Below, one piece after another: positions 63,676 to 64,000 of a stretch of DNA of 64,000 nt (position 1 is the first letter of the stretch; the number at the start of each line of letters is the position of its first letter). The notes under the pieces were generated by a model. That model searched no databases. It saw only the letters and a program-made list of their open reading frames with translations, and was not told the origin of the DNA. The translations under genes were made by a program, and so were the position numbers. Source of the DNA: a virus; IMG/VR virus record IMGVR_UViG_3300034093_003283; one strand, 5' to 3'.

Positions 63676-64000
63676 ATGAGCGAGATTAAATTTGTGAATG
63701 GTAAGTATGTTGCCACCGTCAACGGCAAGACCGTCAAGCGTAGCAAGCGTGAGCACCTTGAATATGTGATCCGCAAGGCGACCAAAGAGTCCGTGGACTC
63801 CGCACCTGTGCAGGAGTCCCGGTTCAGTATCAATGAGCGTTTCGGCTTTGTGTCTGATATGGTTGCAATGCTCGCTTCAGGTGCTCAGGCATCCGTTGTT
63901 GTGACAGGTCCTGGCGGTCTTGGTAAGTCCTTCACTGTATCGCAAACCTTGACAGCTCTTGGCTTCAAGGATGTGTCAGTGCTTGAAGATTTTGCAGTAG
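63676..64000 (+). CDS. P-loop (AAA-type) ATPase, truncated by the window end
   Basis: AGGAG RBS; VVVTGPGGLGKS Walker A. Confidence 0.8.
   Translation, partial: MSEIKFVNGKYVATVNGKTVKRSKREHLEYVIRKATKESVDSAPVQESRFSINERFGFVSDMVAMLASGAQASVVVTGPGGLGKSFTVSQTLTALGFKDVSVLEDFAV

Overview
This window is 64 kb of a large, AT-rich T4-like myophage genome. Features 0-23 kb are the replication core (dNMP kinase, gp45, gp44, gp62, regA, hsp20, gp43, uvsX, gp41). A ~6 kb tRNA island between hsp20 and gp43 holds about 30 tRNAs covering all 20 amino acids, two tRNA-like RNAs and several structured spacer RNAs. Next come a sugar-modification cluster (23-29 kb), a late cluster of probable capsid-packaged internal proteins (29-37 kb), a lysis module (37-40 kb) and primase plus nucleotide metabolism genes (40-50 kb). 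The window ends in a divergently transcribed early region with ten repeated promoter cassettes and a DnaA-box cluster (56.6-64 kb). The strongest novel signal is an unannotated 39-codon leader ORF at 7453-7572. It encodes all 20 amino acids with almost no repeated codons and overlaps mutually exclusive antiterminator and terminator helices directly upstream of the tRNA array, which suggests an attenuator that senses loss of any tRNA. A second strong signal is a -1 frameshift cassette (A_AAA_AAG plus an 11-bp stem) at the end of an internal head polyprotein. All calls come from reading the sequence by eye; no database searches or folding programs were run.
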